A DNA stretch of 64,000 bases from an uncultured bacterium (lineage in GTDB: Bacteria; Chloroflexota; UBA5177; JANWHV01), in assembly GCA_963729625.1 (NCBI GenBank), contig CAVSOU010000008.1, positions 736,001 through 800,000 on the forward strand, given 5' to 3'. Position 1 is the stretch's first letter. Each line of letters opens with the position of its first letter. The position numbers and the translations under genes were made by a program. Positions 48,851 through 59,607 of this stretch are shown here, one piece after another. Under the pieces are notes generated by a model. It was not told the DNA's origin. It was given only the letters and a program-made list of their open reading frames with translations, and did no database searches.

Positions 48851-50665
48851 TCAGTCCTCGGTCTCGAACAGAGGCACTTCTCCGGCCAGTGCGAGGACCA
48901 GCATGTCGCCGTTGGCCAACACTGCACCGGGCTTTGGCGCGAAGCTTTCCTCGCTGGGGCGTCTGGCCGGCCGGTGCAGGAGTGGCGCCCCGCCGCGCGC
49001 GGCGGCAACAGCGCTCACCGTCTGGCCGGCCAGCTCGGCGTCTATCTGCATGTAGAGGATGCTCAAGCTGTCGATGCCCGGATGGTCCACCGGCACGCCG
49101 ATGATACGCGGCGCTTCGTGGCTGATTGCCGCGCTGGCGAAGACCGGCGCGCCCAGACTGGCCGTGCTGAAGGCGGCCGGAATATTCAGGCTGCGCCGGG
49201 CCTGCACCGCCAGTTCATGATCGAACACGCGCACGACGACGTGGATGTCGGGCGCGATGGCACGCGCGTTCAGCGCTGCCTCAATGTTGGCCAGGTCGTT
49301 GCTGGTAGCGCAGATGAAGGCGCGGGCGCGCGCGATTTGAGCGCGGTGCAGCGTATCCTCGAACAGTGTGTCGCCGATAACGACTGGAATACCCAGGGCC
49401 CGCACCTGCGAGACGAAGCGTGCATGCTCGGACTCCTCGATTGCCACCACATGCTCGCCGGCCTCATGTAACATGCTGACCACGCGGAAGCCCACCGTGC
49501 CCACCCCCGCCACCACATAGTGATCCTGCTGTTCATCCAGCGGCGCTCCGACGAAGGCGGCGATGCGCTCACTTACCACGGCTTCGGCGATCAGCGCGTA
49601 GATCACGGCCATCAGGACAGCGCCGGTCAGCATCACGAAGACGCCGTAGAGCTTGAGCGCCGTCGATGCGTGGAGCAGATTGATGTCCCCCAACCCCACT
49701 GTCGTGATCAGCGCAGCCGTGAAGTAGACTGCGTTGGAGAGCGCCAGGGGGTAGAACTGTCTGAAGAGAATCACGCTGAGCAGGAAGAGAACGAGCATGA
49801 GCGACACCGCCGCGCGAAGGAAGCGGTTGGTGTGTTTCCAGAGCCGCACCGACTTCCGCCAAATGCTCTGAGAATGCTGGCGCCGCCGCGAAGTCGTGAG
49901 TGCCAGTTGGGTTTCCAGCCATTGTTCGGGATTGCCTGCGTCTCTGGCTGCCGCGACCCATTCAGGATGGCGCCCGAGGCCCCTCAGCCGGGAGGGGTGG
50001 GCGGCGACGAACAGCAAAGCGCCGGCAGGTGGAACGAAGTCCATTGGTGGAAACCAGGTGGTTCTCTCGGGCGTCGTGCAGGCGAGAGTCACCATTCCAA
50101 CCAGGCGCCAGTGTTCAAGCGTCAGAATGGGCGACACGTCGGAGGGAACGACGATGCTGCCGACGGCCCAGGTGGTGCCGCCCAGGGTGAACGCGCCTCT
50201 GAGCCAGGGATTTCGCGCCGCCATTGCAAAGACCGGCGCCACCATGGCGGAGAGGGAGAGCGCTTCGATGCCCACCGGTAGGCTCCTCAGGTGCTCCGCC
50301 ATACGCTGGTTGAAGAGGCGCATCACCACCCGACCCGACAGGTTGAGCTCGCGTGCCGCCAGCGCGGTCTTGAGGCTGGACATGTCGTGGCTGATGGTGA
50401 CGATAACCACGCGTGCGTTTCGCACGCCCGCGAGCTGCAATAGCTCGTAACGCGTGCTGTCGCCGTCGATCACCGGGACTCCGTGGCGGGCGAGCATGCG
50501 CTTGAACGCCGTCGGGGGTCCGCTGTCGATCACGACGATGCGCGCGCCGGCACGCAGGATTGCCTCGGTGACACTCTCGCCGATGCGTCCCAGTCCGCAC
50601 AGCACAACGTGATCGTGCCAGGCGGACGTGTCTTCAGAGGCAATCATCGTGTCGTCGAGCAACAT
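48851..50665 (-). CDS. potassium channel family protein with two RCK/TrkA-N domains
   Basis: GLGRIG and GVGTVG Rossmann motifs flanking a 2-TM pore with TTVGLGD. Confidence 0.88.
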   Translation of the reverse strand: MLLDDTMIASEDTSAWHDHVVLCGLGRIGESVTEAILRAGARIVVIDSGPPTAFKRMLARHGVPVIDGDSTRYELLQLAGVRNARVVIVTISHDMSSLKTALAARELNLSGRVVMRLFNQRMAEHLRSLPVGIEALSLSAMVAPVFAMAARNPWLRGAFTLGGTTWAVGSIVVPSDVSPILTLEHWRLVGMVTLACTTPERTTWFPPMDFVPPAGALLFVAAHPSRLRGLGRHPEWVAAARDAGNPEQWLETQLALTTSRRRQHSQSIWRKSVRLWKHTNRFLRAAVSLMLVLFLLSVILFRQFYPLALSNAVYFTAALITTVGLGDINLLHASTALKLYGVFVMLTGAVLMAVIYALIAEAVVSERIAAFVGAPLDEQQDHYVVAGVGTVGFRVVSMLHEAGEHVVAIEESEHARFVSQVRALGIPVVIGDTLFEDTLHRAQIARARAFICATSNDLANIEAALNARAIAPDIHVVVRVFDHELAVQARRSLNIPAAFSTASLGAPVFASAAISHEAPRIIGVPVDHPGIDSLSILYMQIDAELAGQTVSAVAAARGGAPLLHRPARRPSEESFAPKPGAVLANGDMLVLALAGEVPLFETED

Positions 50666-51187
50666 GCGGCAATCGTAGCACAGCTTATTACGCTGTGCAG
50701 CGTGCTGTGCGCTCAAGCGCCGGTGCTTTTCAGGCCACCGTCTCAGGTTATGTCAGGCCTCCAGCGCGGCGAGGATGGAAGGGCGACCACCGGGGGGACC
50801 CGGGCGCGGCCGAATCAAGCGCGACGAAGTGCATAGGCAAGGCGGCCTGATGGTAGCGACGGCCTGTGAGCGGACCTGAAGCCCGACTGCAGCCTGGTCA
50901 ACCGGCGTGTCGCTGGCGCGGAAGGTGCGGCTGCAGCCATAGCGTTGAGCTCGGTCGTCATACCTGGCGCGTGAACATGCGCCTGCGCCAGAGTGCCATA
51001 CGCTGACGGATGCGGAGGGTGGTAGGATGCGGTGCCGGGAGAAAGCGACATCAAGCACGACTACCGGGCAGCGGGCTTCAGCGAGCGACAATGAAAGGGA
51101 GAGCGACGCTGAACGCGCCGGCTGCCGGCTGCGCGGACCTGCGAGACTGAGCTTGCCGTTATCGAATCGGAGAGTCACTCGGCCGAG

Positions 51188-51419
51188 GCGTAACAGGTCC
51201 AGAAGAACTGGTTAGAATCCGGCACGTAGGCGGCTAGCCGCTCTCCAGGCGCGCGGTCTGGGTGCCCTGCATGAAAGGCATCTGTGCGGCCGCCTACGCG
51301 GCGTAGCAGGTCCAGTAGAACTGGTTCGTCTCCGGTATGTAGGCGGCGTAGCCGCTCTCGCGGCGCCGCAGGTGTTGGCGCTCTGCGGCGTGAAAGGCAT
51401 CTGAGCGGCTACCTGTGCG
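51188..51419 (-). repeat. ~113-bp degenerate tandem duplication encoding a ~38-aa peptide repeat (decayed)
   Basis: Units start at 51188 and 51301; minus-strand reads AQMPF...ESGYAAYIPETNQFYWTCYAA and AQMPF...ESG.AYVPDSNQFFWTCYAS with stops and frameshifts. Confidence 0.75.
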
Positions 51420-51824
51420 CTCGGGTGCGCACGGTAAACTGAACCGCCAGCCGGGACCAGGGTTCGATCGCACGAGGCAATCCTGCCGGCACGAGTGCTA
51501 TGTCGTGGCGGCCGAACGAGCAAACGCAAAGAGAGACATCGGTCTTCCCTTTCATCGACATCTAGTGTCATAGACGCTAACGCGGCTGGTTGATCCAGTG
51601 CCGGCTTGTGTGTTCTCCTTCCTCCACTCGGACGACGCAGGTTTGTTCCCGTAGTGTGCGCCGTCAGGTTGCGCCGCGGTATGCACAACCTGCAAGCTTC
51701 AGTAACACGATTCATGCTGCGATTGGGGCTACCTGCTGTGTTTGCGGACAGGTGGAGTTCCGTTTTGCCGTGCTATGCTGGGATTAGGGAGGCACGCGCG
51801 GAAGACGCGCGGCCGTGGGCACCG

Positions 51825-54206
51825 ATGGGAGCGCAGGGTGGGCATTCTGCAACCACAGCAGTTCGCGCAGCTGCTGCGAAACGGCCGTCGCGAAGCGGAG
51901 GCCAGGCAGGAGGGGTTTGCCGAGCGGGCAGGTATCGCCTAACGCACGATCAGCGACGGAGCCGCATACAAGCTGCCGCGACCGGGAGACCCTGGCCCTG
52001 CTGGCAGAAGCATTGGTGACGATCGTCGAGGTGCCTCACATCGAACAAGGCGGCCGCCGGGCACGGGCGCCCGGCCAGGTGACTTCCGGACCACGGTCTA
52101 CCCGGCGCACTGCCCGATACCCTGGCCTTGCTGGGCCGCGAACAAGAAGTACTCGCCGTACAGGCCCTGCTCAAGCAGCAGCACGTCCGCCTGCTCACCC
52201 TGACCGGCCCGGGAGGCGTGGGCAAGACCCGGCTCGCCGTCCAGCTTGCCGTGCGGCTGCAAAGCCGCTTTCGTGATGGCGTCGTGTTCGACGAACTGGC
52301 CGTCGAGATCGAGCCTGGTGCGGGCCGGCGACCGGCCACGGCCGCGGCGCGCGGGACAGGGGCTCCCAGCCGCTCGCCCGCACCCTGACAAGCTTCCTGC
52401 GCGAACGGCAGCTTCTGCTCGTCCTGGACAACTTCGAGCATCTCCTCGAGGCGGCGCCGGATTCGGCGCCGCTTGCCGCCTGCGGCGGGCTGCGGCTGCT
52501 GGTCACCAGCCGGGCACCGCTGCGCCTGCAAGGCGAGCAGGTCTTCCCGGTTCCCCCTCTGGCGGTACCCGACCCCGGCAATCTGCCGTCCCTCGCCGCC
52601 CTGCACGAGGTGGCAAGCGTGCACCTCTTCGTCCAGCGAGCCCACGCCGTGCAACCCGGCTTTACGCTCACCCCGGCGTGAAGCGCGGTGGTGGCGAGCC
52701 CGGTGCGGGGATTTGGCACGATCGGCTGGCTGCGGCGGGGGAGATCACTGCCGCGCGTCGGCATCCCGGTCGCTCGCCTAGACCAGCCCTTGCGGATTCT
52801 GACCTCCGGCGCACGGGACCTGCCGGAGCGGCAGCAAACCCTGCGGCGCACCATTGCCTGGAGCTACGGCCTGCTTACTCCCGCAGACCAGGCACTGTTC
52901 CGTCGTCTGGCCGTCTTTGCCGGTGGCTGCACCCTGGAGGTGGTGGAGGACGTCTGCAGCCTCGAGAGCGGGCCGACGTGACGATGATGTCGAAGTGGCG
53001 CTGCAGCCGCTGCTGGACCAGAACTGCCTATACAGGAAGGGCGGTATGCCGACTTGCTCGACTAGACGCTCCGCGAGTACGGGCGCGACCAGCTGGAGGC
53101 CGCGGGCGAGCTGGATGCGCTGCGCAATCGCCACGCCGCCCATTTCCTCGCCCTGGGAGAGACGGCGGCGGAGCACCGATGGGACACCACCATGCTTGGT
53201 TGGCATGAGCGCTTCAATCGCGAGCTGGACAACCTGCGGGTGGCGGCAGGCTGGTGCGTCGCACGCGGGCAGGCCGGCGACGACGCGGCGACTGAGCGCG
53301 GGTTGGTGGTCCTGGCTGACCTGGGCCTGTACTGGTCGTTTCTGGATGGTCGCTACGGCGAGCTGCGCACCTGGCTGCAGCGTCTGCTGGCGTTGCAGGG
53401 TGCCGTGTCGCAACCGGGGGCCCGCACCGTCGCTGCAACTGGCCTAGATGCTCAATGTGAGGTAGCGGAGCAGGTCGAGCGATACCTGGCGACCCGCAGA
53501 GGAGCAGGTCGACCGCCAGGAACCGGCCGATAGCCTGGCGAGTCTGAGCGGAATCTGTCTCTGGCCTGAACTGACAGGCTCGCGGCCGCGCATCATGCCA
53601 CCTCGACCAGGACCCTTCCTGGCCGAGGCCCTGGAGCTTTGGCAGGAGGCTCGCAACACCACGGACTCTGGCTTTGCGCGCCACTTTCGTGGACTGGTGC
53701 GCTTGCGCGAAGGGGACCTGGGACCTGCCGAAGACGACATGACAGCCTCGTTGGCCGAGGCGGAAGCATGCGGGGACCGCTTTGAAGTCTCAATAAGGCT
53801 GGATTGCCTGGCCCTGGTCGCGCGGGCGCGCGGCGATCTGCTCAGGGCACGCGAGCTGTTTGGGCAGGCCCTGGCACATCACCATGCCCTGGGCTCGCGG
53901 GCGGGCATCGCCTTTACGCTCGCCCGGCTCGGGGAGATCGCTCAGGAGATAGGTGAGGTGGAGACGGCACGCGCCAGCTACGTGGAGGCCCTGTCTGCAC
54001 TGCGCGGGACAGGCGACATCCGGCGCAGCTTCGCCCCGCTATGGGGAATGGCCAACCTGGCCGCGGCCGCGGGCGACTGGGCCAATGCACTAAACCTGGC
54101 CGGCGCAACCACGGCTATCGTCGAGGCAGCGGACCTGGTGTTCTCGCCGCCCGAGGAGGCCACGATGGCCAACATCAGTTGGATTCCCAGGAGGCGCCGT
54201 CGGTAG
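51825..54206 (+). pseudogene. XRE-HTH + STAND/NB-ARC ATPase + TPR protein, multiple frameshifts and stops
   Basis: FAQLLR...FAERAGI, LLGREQE, TGPGGVGKT, LLVLDNFEH, LVTSR, RQQTLRRTIAWSY, LAVFAGG, TPR helices spread over different frames. Confidence 0.85.
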
Positions 54207-54699
54207 CGTCCGCTGCCTGCGGCGCAGAGGCTAGCTGCCGCACGGGCCGCCGACGCCCAGGCTACCTGACCGCGTGGCAGGCGAGCAGAGCGGCTGGTAG
54301 CTTTACCAACGCCACGGTGGGATCGACAGGCATGGACCTTATCCCGGGCCTCGAGTCCCCTCTCGCGGGTGCATCTTGCCCGCCCCCGTCTATGCACTCG
54401 CCTAGGATTGTCACGCCAGGGGTAGGGTGTCGGCGCATCCAGATGCCGTAGTGGTGCTGGCCCATCACCAGCCGATGCCTGAGCGGTGCTTCGATCCACG
54501 GTCAACCGCGGTACCTTCCTTCACAAGCACATCCAAAGATAGTGTTGTTGGTTGTGCGCCTGCGCTCGGAGCGCGATATCAGCGACATCATGTAGAACTG
54601 CCGTTAGAGCGCGTTCAGAAAGGTCTTGGCAGCCTAATCGAACCACCTATGCGACGGCCGGAGTTTCGAGCGTCCGGCTTGGACATAGTCAAAGCGGGC

Positions 54700-54915
54700 G
54701 AGCTTGCACCTATTGGGGCCAGATAGACCCGCGACTCGCGTACCGGCAGGAGCGTGTAATAGTCTTCGCACAGCCGCCGACAGCGCGAAAGGCAGTCGAA
54801 CGTCTGTTCCACGACCCACCGGCGCTCGCGCACTTGGAGGCCACGCTGACCCGCCGGTGGATGGACGATCTCCAGTTCAAAGCCCAACTCCTCGCGCACC
54901 CTGGTTCGCATGTAC
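54700..54915 (-). mobile_element. IS5-family transposase C-terminal fragment
   Basis: LEIVH...RRWVVEQTFDCLSRCRRLCEDY matches RWxVERTFxWLxxxRRLxxDY. Confidence 0.7.
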
Positions 54916-55030
54916 GCTCTGTACCATGTGTTTCGCCCCGCTGCTCGCTTCCCCAGATACGCAAGTAATGATTAGGGCTTTAAGTACATCGCAGCGCACC
55001 GCGCTACCATGACAGCTGGGAGGGTCGAAG

Positions 55031-55803
55031 ATGCAGCCAACGATCTGGCACGACGCGTCGACCGAGGACGCGGCGCAGCAAGACACGCTCATCGATCAAC
55101 TTCGCCTGGCGGGCCTGCACTATCTCGGCGGCGGCACTCGACGCCGCCCCCCTGCCTGGCCACCCGACGTTCTGCTGCGTACCCTGGCGACATGCTCCGA
55201 GCCACGCCTGCGTCTGGCACTCGTCGCACTCCTGCTCCGCCAACCCGTGCTCGCTGCCCGGGTGCGGACTCTCGCGTAACAGGTCGATGATACGGCGCTT
55301 GCCCTTCGCCTCCGTACGAGCATATTGGCCGCGTCCGCGCTGCAGCGAACCTGGGCCTTCAGCCTCGACCTCTACCAACCAGGCTGGCGTCCCATCGAAA
55401 GCACTGTACTAGCGCCCGATCTCCACGTGAGCCCCCCGGAGGACGAGTTCGGTCGCGCCCCCTGGCGACCTCGCCCGCCTCCTCGCGGACGATCAGCCGC
55501 TGGCGCCGGACTACGCCGGCGCGTGGGAAGATGTCGGGCGGAGCGTCATCGACGACCTGCGCGCTGAGGAGAACTGGCATCCTTTCCAGCGCGCTGGCCA
55601 AAATCGAGCGCGGCCAGTAGCGCAACACGCGGACGCGACGGCACTATGACGTGCGGGCGTCGTCAGCCTGGACCAGATTATCGCTGCCTTCGAGGAAATC
55701 GCGCCGCGCATTGAGACCGAAGCGCTTCCCCGCGTGGTCGAGGCGGACTTTCGCCGCAAGGTCAGTGGCTTCGCCGCTTATATGCAGGCCCAGCGCGCTA
55801 CTG
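55031..55803 (+). pseudogene. decayed two-gene module: helical protein + nucleotidyltransferase C-terminus (DUF6036-like, TA-like)
   Basis: First ORF reads through TAA at 55277; downstream ALAKIERG...VVSLDQIIAAFEEIAPRI...DFRRKV with stops. Confidence 0.5.
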
Positions 55804-55926
55804 ACGACCGCAGCCGCTGACAGCCTCGCCCGGCACCAAACAGACTCACGCGCCCCATCGCGCAGTAGAACAACATCTGCGTCCAAGGCTCCTCGAACTC
55901 GACGAATGGCAGGTCCAGGGTACGCA

Positions 55927-55996
55927 ACCCGCGACGACCCGCGACGACCCGCCCTTCGGGCAGGTACCCCGGCGGTACCCGGCGGGTCGCCCCTAC
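55927..55996 (-). repeat. REP-like palindromic element (GTAG type) with 10-bp tandem repeat
   Basis: Minus strand GTAGGGGCGACCCGCCGGGT; plus strand (ACCCGCGACG)x2 and GACCCGCCCTTCGGGCAGGT. Confidence 0.55.
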
Positions 55997-56199
55997 CATT
56001 CGGCAGCAGCCGGAGGCCCAAGACATCCCGCCAGACGGCTTGAAAATGTACTACGCTAGGTGCCGGCCACGACGGGCGGCGGTGCCCCGTTTGGAGTACG
56101 GTAATACAGCAAGACCTCCCACGCGGCCCCGAACACGCCTCGGCCGCTCGAGACGTAGAGGCGACGGCAGGAGGATGAGCGAGACTGGCAGGCATCGCG

Positions 56200-58242
56200 A
56201 TGCGACACAGACGACGAATCTCGGGTGAGCTGCTGGGGCGATCGGTCACCGTGGCGGCTTTCCTGGCCGGATTCGCGGCCGCTGCGCCGCACCCCGACGT
56301 CAATGCCAGCCAGCGGCACGCGAACGCCGCGACCACATTTGCGGGCTGGGCGATGGACGCCTATCCCGGCGACAGCGTGGCAACCTTGAAGTCCGAAATG
56401 CAGAAACAGGTCGCCGCCGGCTCCACCATCGTCTGGCTTGGACACAATAACCCGGGTGAAGTAGACCGGACAAAAGGCGAGCCCGGTCTCTCGTTCGCAG
56501 TGTGGCAGGCGCTTGAGGACGCGACCTCGCCGCGCCATGCCGACGCGGTGGCCATGACGCGAGCAGTGCAATACGCTCTCGAGGCGGCGCGCTCGATCGG
56601 CGTGCCGGTCGTGCTGCCGATCGGGTATCAGATTCAGATGGGCGCCGCGTGGAACACGGCGCATCCCCAGGACCTGCGCGTGGACGCGCGCGGGAAAACG
56701 TACAACGCCGGCGGCGAGTCGGCCTCCTTCTACGCACCGGACTACCAGCACGACATTCTGACCTATTACCGGTGGGTGGACGTGACCTTCGTCCGACCCT
56801 ACCGGGACACGATCACTATGCTGAATCTGGCCGATGAGCCCGCGGACGGCGACTACTCCACCTGGGCGGATGCCGCGTTTCATCGCCAGTACGGGTTCAG
56901 CATGAGCGCGGTGGGAACGAATCCACGGCGGCAGACCAGTTTGGGGCGGTTTCAAGCCGAGTATGTCGCCGACTACGCGGCGTGGAGCGCCGGTCAGTGG
57001 CTCACGCTCGATCGGGGCGTCAAGGTAACGATGTCGTTTGACGGTGGGTACAGCCGCGTCAAGCATGAGGGGCCCGACCTGGAGGCGATCTTCCGCCTGG
57101 CGCCTGCCAACTTCGAGGTCACGTTCGATGCCTATCCCAAGGACGGCCTCTACACGACGCCCGCGCACAGTACCGATGTCTATGCGCTGTACGGTTTGGT
57201 ACGAACGTTAGGGCACTATTCCGCTATCTACAAACGGCCGCTCTGGCTGTGGTCGACGGCGAACAGTTGGGGGCTGAATGGCGCGAGCAGCGATCCGGGT
57301 TCGATTCCGGATGCGGTGGCGAACGCAATCTACCTCGCCCTGCTGGCGCGGGAGACGGGCGGCGACCTGCAGGGCATTGCCGTATGGAACTACAACATCA
57401 GGGGCCAGGGACTGTTCAACGACACGCACCGCTACTACTACGATCCGGCACGGATGTTCGCCCGTGTATCGGCGACGTTCCCGCTCTTGCGGGCAGTCAT
57501 GTCGGCTCCTCCCGGCCGGCCCGACGCGGTCATTCTGGCTTCGAACGCTCACGACCTGCTCGTGGCTGGCCGGACACGCGCCATGCGAGCGCTCGACACG
57601 TACGATTGGACGGCGCTCGCGTCGTTCGCTCATGACGACGTGCCGGCGCCTATCGTCACGCACCTGGACTCCAGCGACCTTGCGACCGTGACACACGTCG
57701 TGGTACTGGATCGCACTGCCGCCGACGTGGCGCCCGTCGACAGAGCCGCGCTGGCCGGAATCCTCCGTGCCGGCGGCGCGGTGCTGACCTCAGCTCCGGT
57801 TGCCGCGCTGCTTGCGCCCAGCAACGCCGAGCAGGTGCAGGTGGCATCCGGCACGGCAGCCATGGGCTCCGTCTTCCGGTACCGCATTGCCAGGGGGCAG
57901 CTGTACGCGGTCCTTGGCATCTCAGTTGAGCAGATCTTCACCGACGCCAACCAGCGATGGTCCGGAAGCGTGATGCAGGCGTTTTTCCATAAGAGTGTTC
58001 AGCCCGCCGGGTTCCTCGTGAGTCTGGATGGGGTGACGCTGCTGTACGGTGGACTCTCCGCGTCGGGCGCCTCGTTCGTGGTGCAGGCCCCTCTCCCGGG
58101 CTCGCCACCCGTGTTGGCCGTGTACGATGCCGGCGGCGCGGTCAAGCAAATCATCCGGCTCGCTGGACGCAGCGGATCGATCCGTGTTCACGTGCCAAGG
58201 CGCACGTATGCCCTGGCAACGCAGGACGGAAAGGGAGGTTAG
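56200..58242 (+). CDS. secreted glycoside hydrolase-like protein (clan GH-A / GH42-like)
   Basis: Signal peptide, NLADEP acid/base-like motif, FDAYP, VWNYN, GATase-like and beta C-terminal regions. Confidence 0.65.
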   Translation: MRHRRRISGELLGRSVTVAAFLAGFAAAAPHPDVNASQRHANAATTFAGWAMDAYPGDSVATLKSEMQKQVAAGSTIVWLGHNNPGEVDRTKGEPGLSFAVWQALEDATSPRHADAVAMTRAVQYALEAARSIGVPVVLPIGYQIQMGAAWNTAHPQDLRVDARGKTYNAGGESASFYAPDYQHDILTYYRWVDVTFVRPYRDTITMLNLADEPADGDYSTWADAAFHRQYGFSMSAVGTNPRRQTSLGRFQAEYVADYAAWSAGQWLTLDRGVKVTMSFDGGYSRVKHEGPDLEAIFRLAPANFEVTFDAYPKDGLYTTPAHSTDVYALYGLVRTLGHYSAIYKRPLWLWSTANSWGLNGASSDPGSIPDAVANAIYLALLARETGGDLQGIAVWNYNIRGQGLFNDTHRYYYDPARMFARVSATFPLLRAVMSAPPGRPDAVILASNAHDLLVAGRTRAMRALDTYDWTALASFAHDDVPAPIVTHLDSSDLATVTHVVVLDRTAADVAPVDRAALAGILRAGGAVLTSAPVAALLAPSNAEQVQVASGTAAMGSVFRYRIARGQLYAVLGISVEQIFTDANQRWSGSVMQAFFHKSVQPAGFLVSLDGVTLLYGGLSASGASFVVQAPLPGSPPVLAVYDAGGAVKQIIRLAGRSGSIRVHVPRRTYALATQDGKGG

Positions 58243-58337
58243 CGCCGGACCCGGGTTGCGCGGCGCGAGCGGTGGAGTAGCAGTACAATGAAGGGCGAAG
58301 CGCACATCGTCTGGCGGCGCGTCGGCGGGCACGAGAT

Positions 58338-59231
58338 CTACCGGGAGCCCTGAGCGGAGCCTCCGGCCCGAGCGATTTCCGTGGAGACCCAGCCGAGAAC
58401 GACCGCGTTCGCGCCGTGCTGTTTTGCCAACGCCAGGTCGGTGCGCGCTGCCCTAATCCGGCCAAGCTCCAGCTCGTCCCAGCCGATCGACAGGTAGTAG
58501 TTCCGGCTTGAGCCGTATCCTGTCGTGTCCTGCAGCTTGCCGGCAAGCAGTTTCTCCGATCGCGCCAGGTCGCCGGCATAGGCTGCGGCACGGTTCCAGC
58601 CAGCCGCTCTGAGCACGGAGTTGAGCAGGGGCTGCTTTCCGGGCGAGTAGAGGACCATGAAGCGGCGGTTCGTGCTCTTCCAGATGGCATCGAACTCCGA
58701 ATAGCCGATCACGTGGCCCTGTCCCAAATAGGGATCGCTGGATACGAAGCTTCCCTTGGCGTCGTCATACGCCTGAATGGGCCTGTAATGCCCGACATGG
58801 TCTGTGAGGCTGACGTATTGGCTGACGATGACGGGGAAGCCGTTGGCGACCAGCAGCTTCACCAGGCGCTCGTTGCCGGCGATGCCGAGTAGCGCCCGCA
58901 TGCCAAGACCGCGCATGTAGGCAGGCACCCCGTAGGGTGACGTGCCATGCGCGTTGCCGTCGGCGCGAATGACCGATTGAACCTGCCACTGGGTGCGATA
59001 TACGCCCCAGTAGGCCAGCACCTCGGCAACCGACGCAGGCCCACAATTGTTCCACGTCTGTGGAATATTCTCCAGCGGGCCCAGGGCGGCGCTGGGCCGC
59101 AACGGCGCCGGCCCTGCCTTTGACGTGGCCCTGGCCAGCGCGGCACTGCCTGGCAGCGCGGTCTGTGCCCCGGCAAGAAGCACGATCACGAACGCGATTG
59201 CGCCGGAAAGGAATCGGCGATGGTTAGTCAT
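58338..59231 (-). CDS. secreted C39-like cysteine peptidase with C-terminal TPR
   Basis: QTWNNCGPAS (Cys), GHY (His), SDPY (Asp); signal peptide from ATG 59231. Confidence 0.85.
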   Translation of the reverse strand: MTNHRRFLSGAIAFVIVLLAGAQTALPGSAALARATSKAGPAPLRPSAALGPLENIPQTWNNCGPASVAEVLAYWGVYRTQWQVQSVIRADGNAHGTSPYGVPAYMRGLGMRALLGIAGNERLVKLLVANGFPVIVSQYVSLTDHVGHYRPIQAYDDAKGSFVSSDPYLGQGHVIGYSEFDAIWKSTNRRFMVLYSPGKQPLLNSVLRAAGWNRAAAYAGDLARSEKLLAGKLQDTTGYGSSRNYYLSIGWDELELGRIRAARTDLALAKQHGANAVVLGWVSTEIARAGGSAQGSR

Positions 59232-59607
59232 GACAGATCCTCGAGCGGTGACTGGCGAACTTCCACCTTCGAGCATAGCAGACTGCCGCACATGGTCGTT
59301 TTGTATACTGACTGCGTACCAGGGCCAGGTAGCTCTCGGTCTACGGTGTGCTTGGGGACGAGGTAGGGGCGAAGCGCACTCGTCCGCGTCGAGGTGGCCG
59401 GAGGTATGCCACACACCCCTACATGACTACACGACTGCAGTACTGATCGCAGGATCACCCGCTCGGCGGTGCATCATCAAGCAGCGTGCTTTTGTTGACG
59501 CCGACGACACCCGGCCCCGGCCGTTCCGGGACCCACAAGAGTGGGTGGCTCTGCCTTCCTGCCGGGGCTGGAGGCCCGATAAGAACACTCAGTAGATGGA
59601 GGTTGTC

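Noticed and set aside
51188-51419. CRISPR array or tandem glycine riboswitch
   Set aside because: Only two long degenerate units, no spacers or cas genes, no glycine aptamer consensus; variation is codon-patterned.
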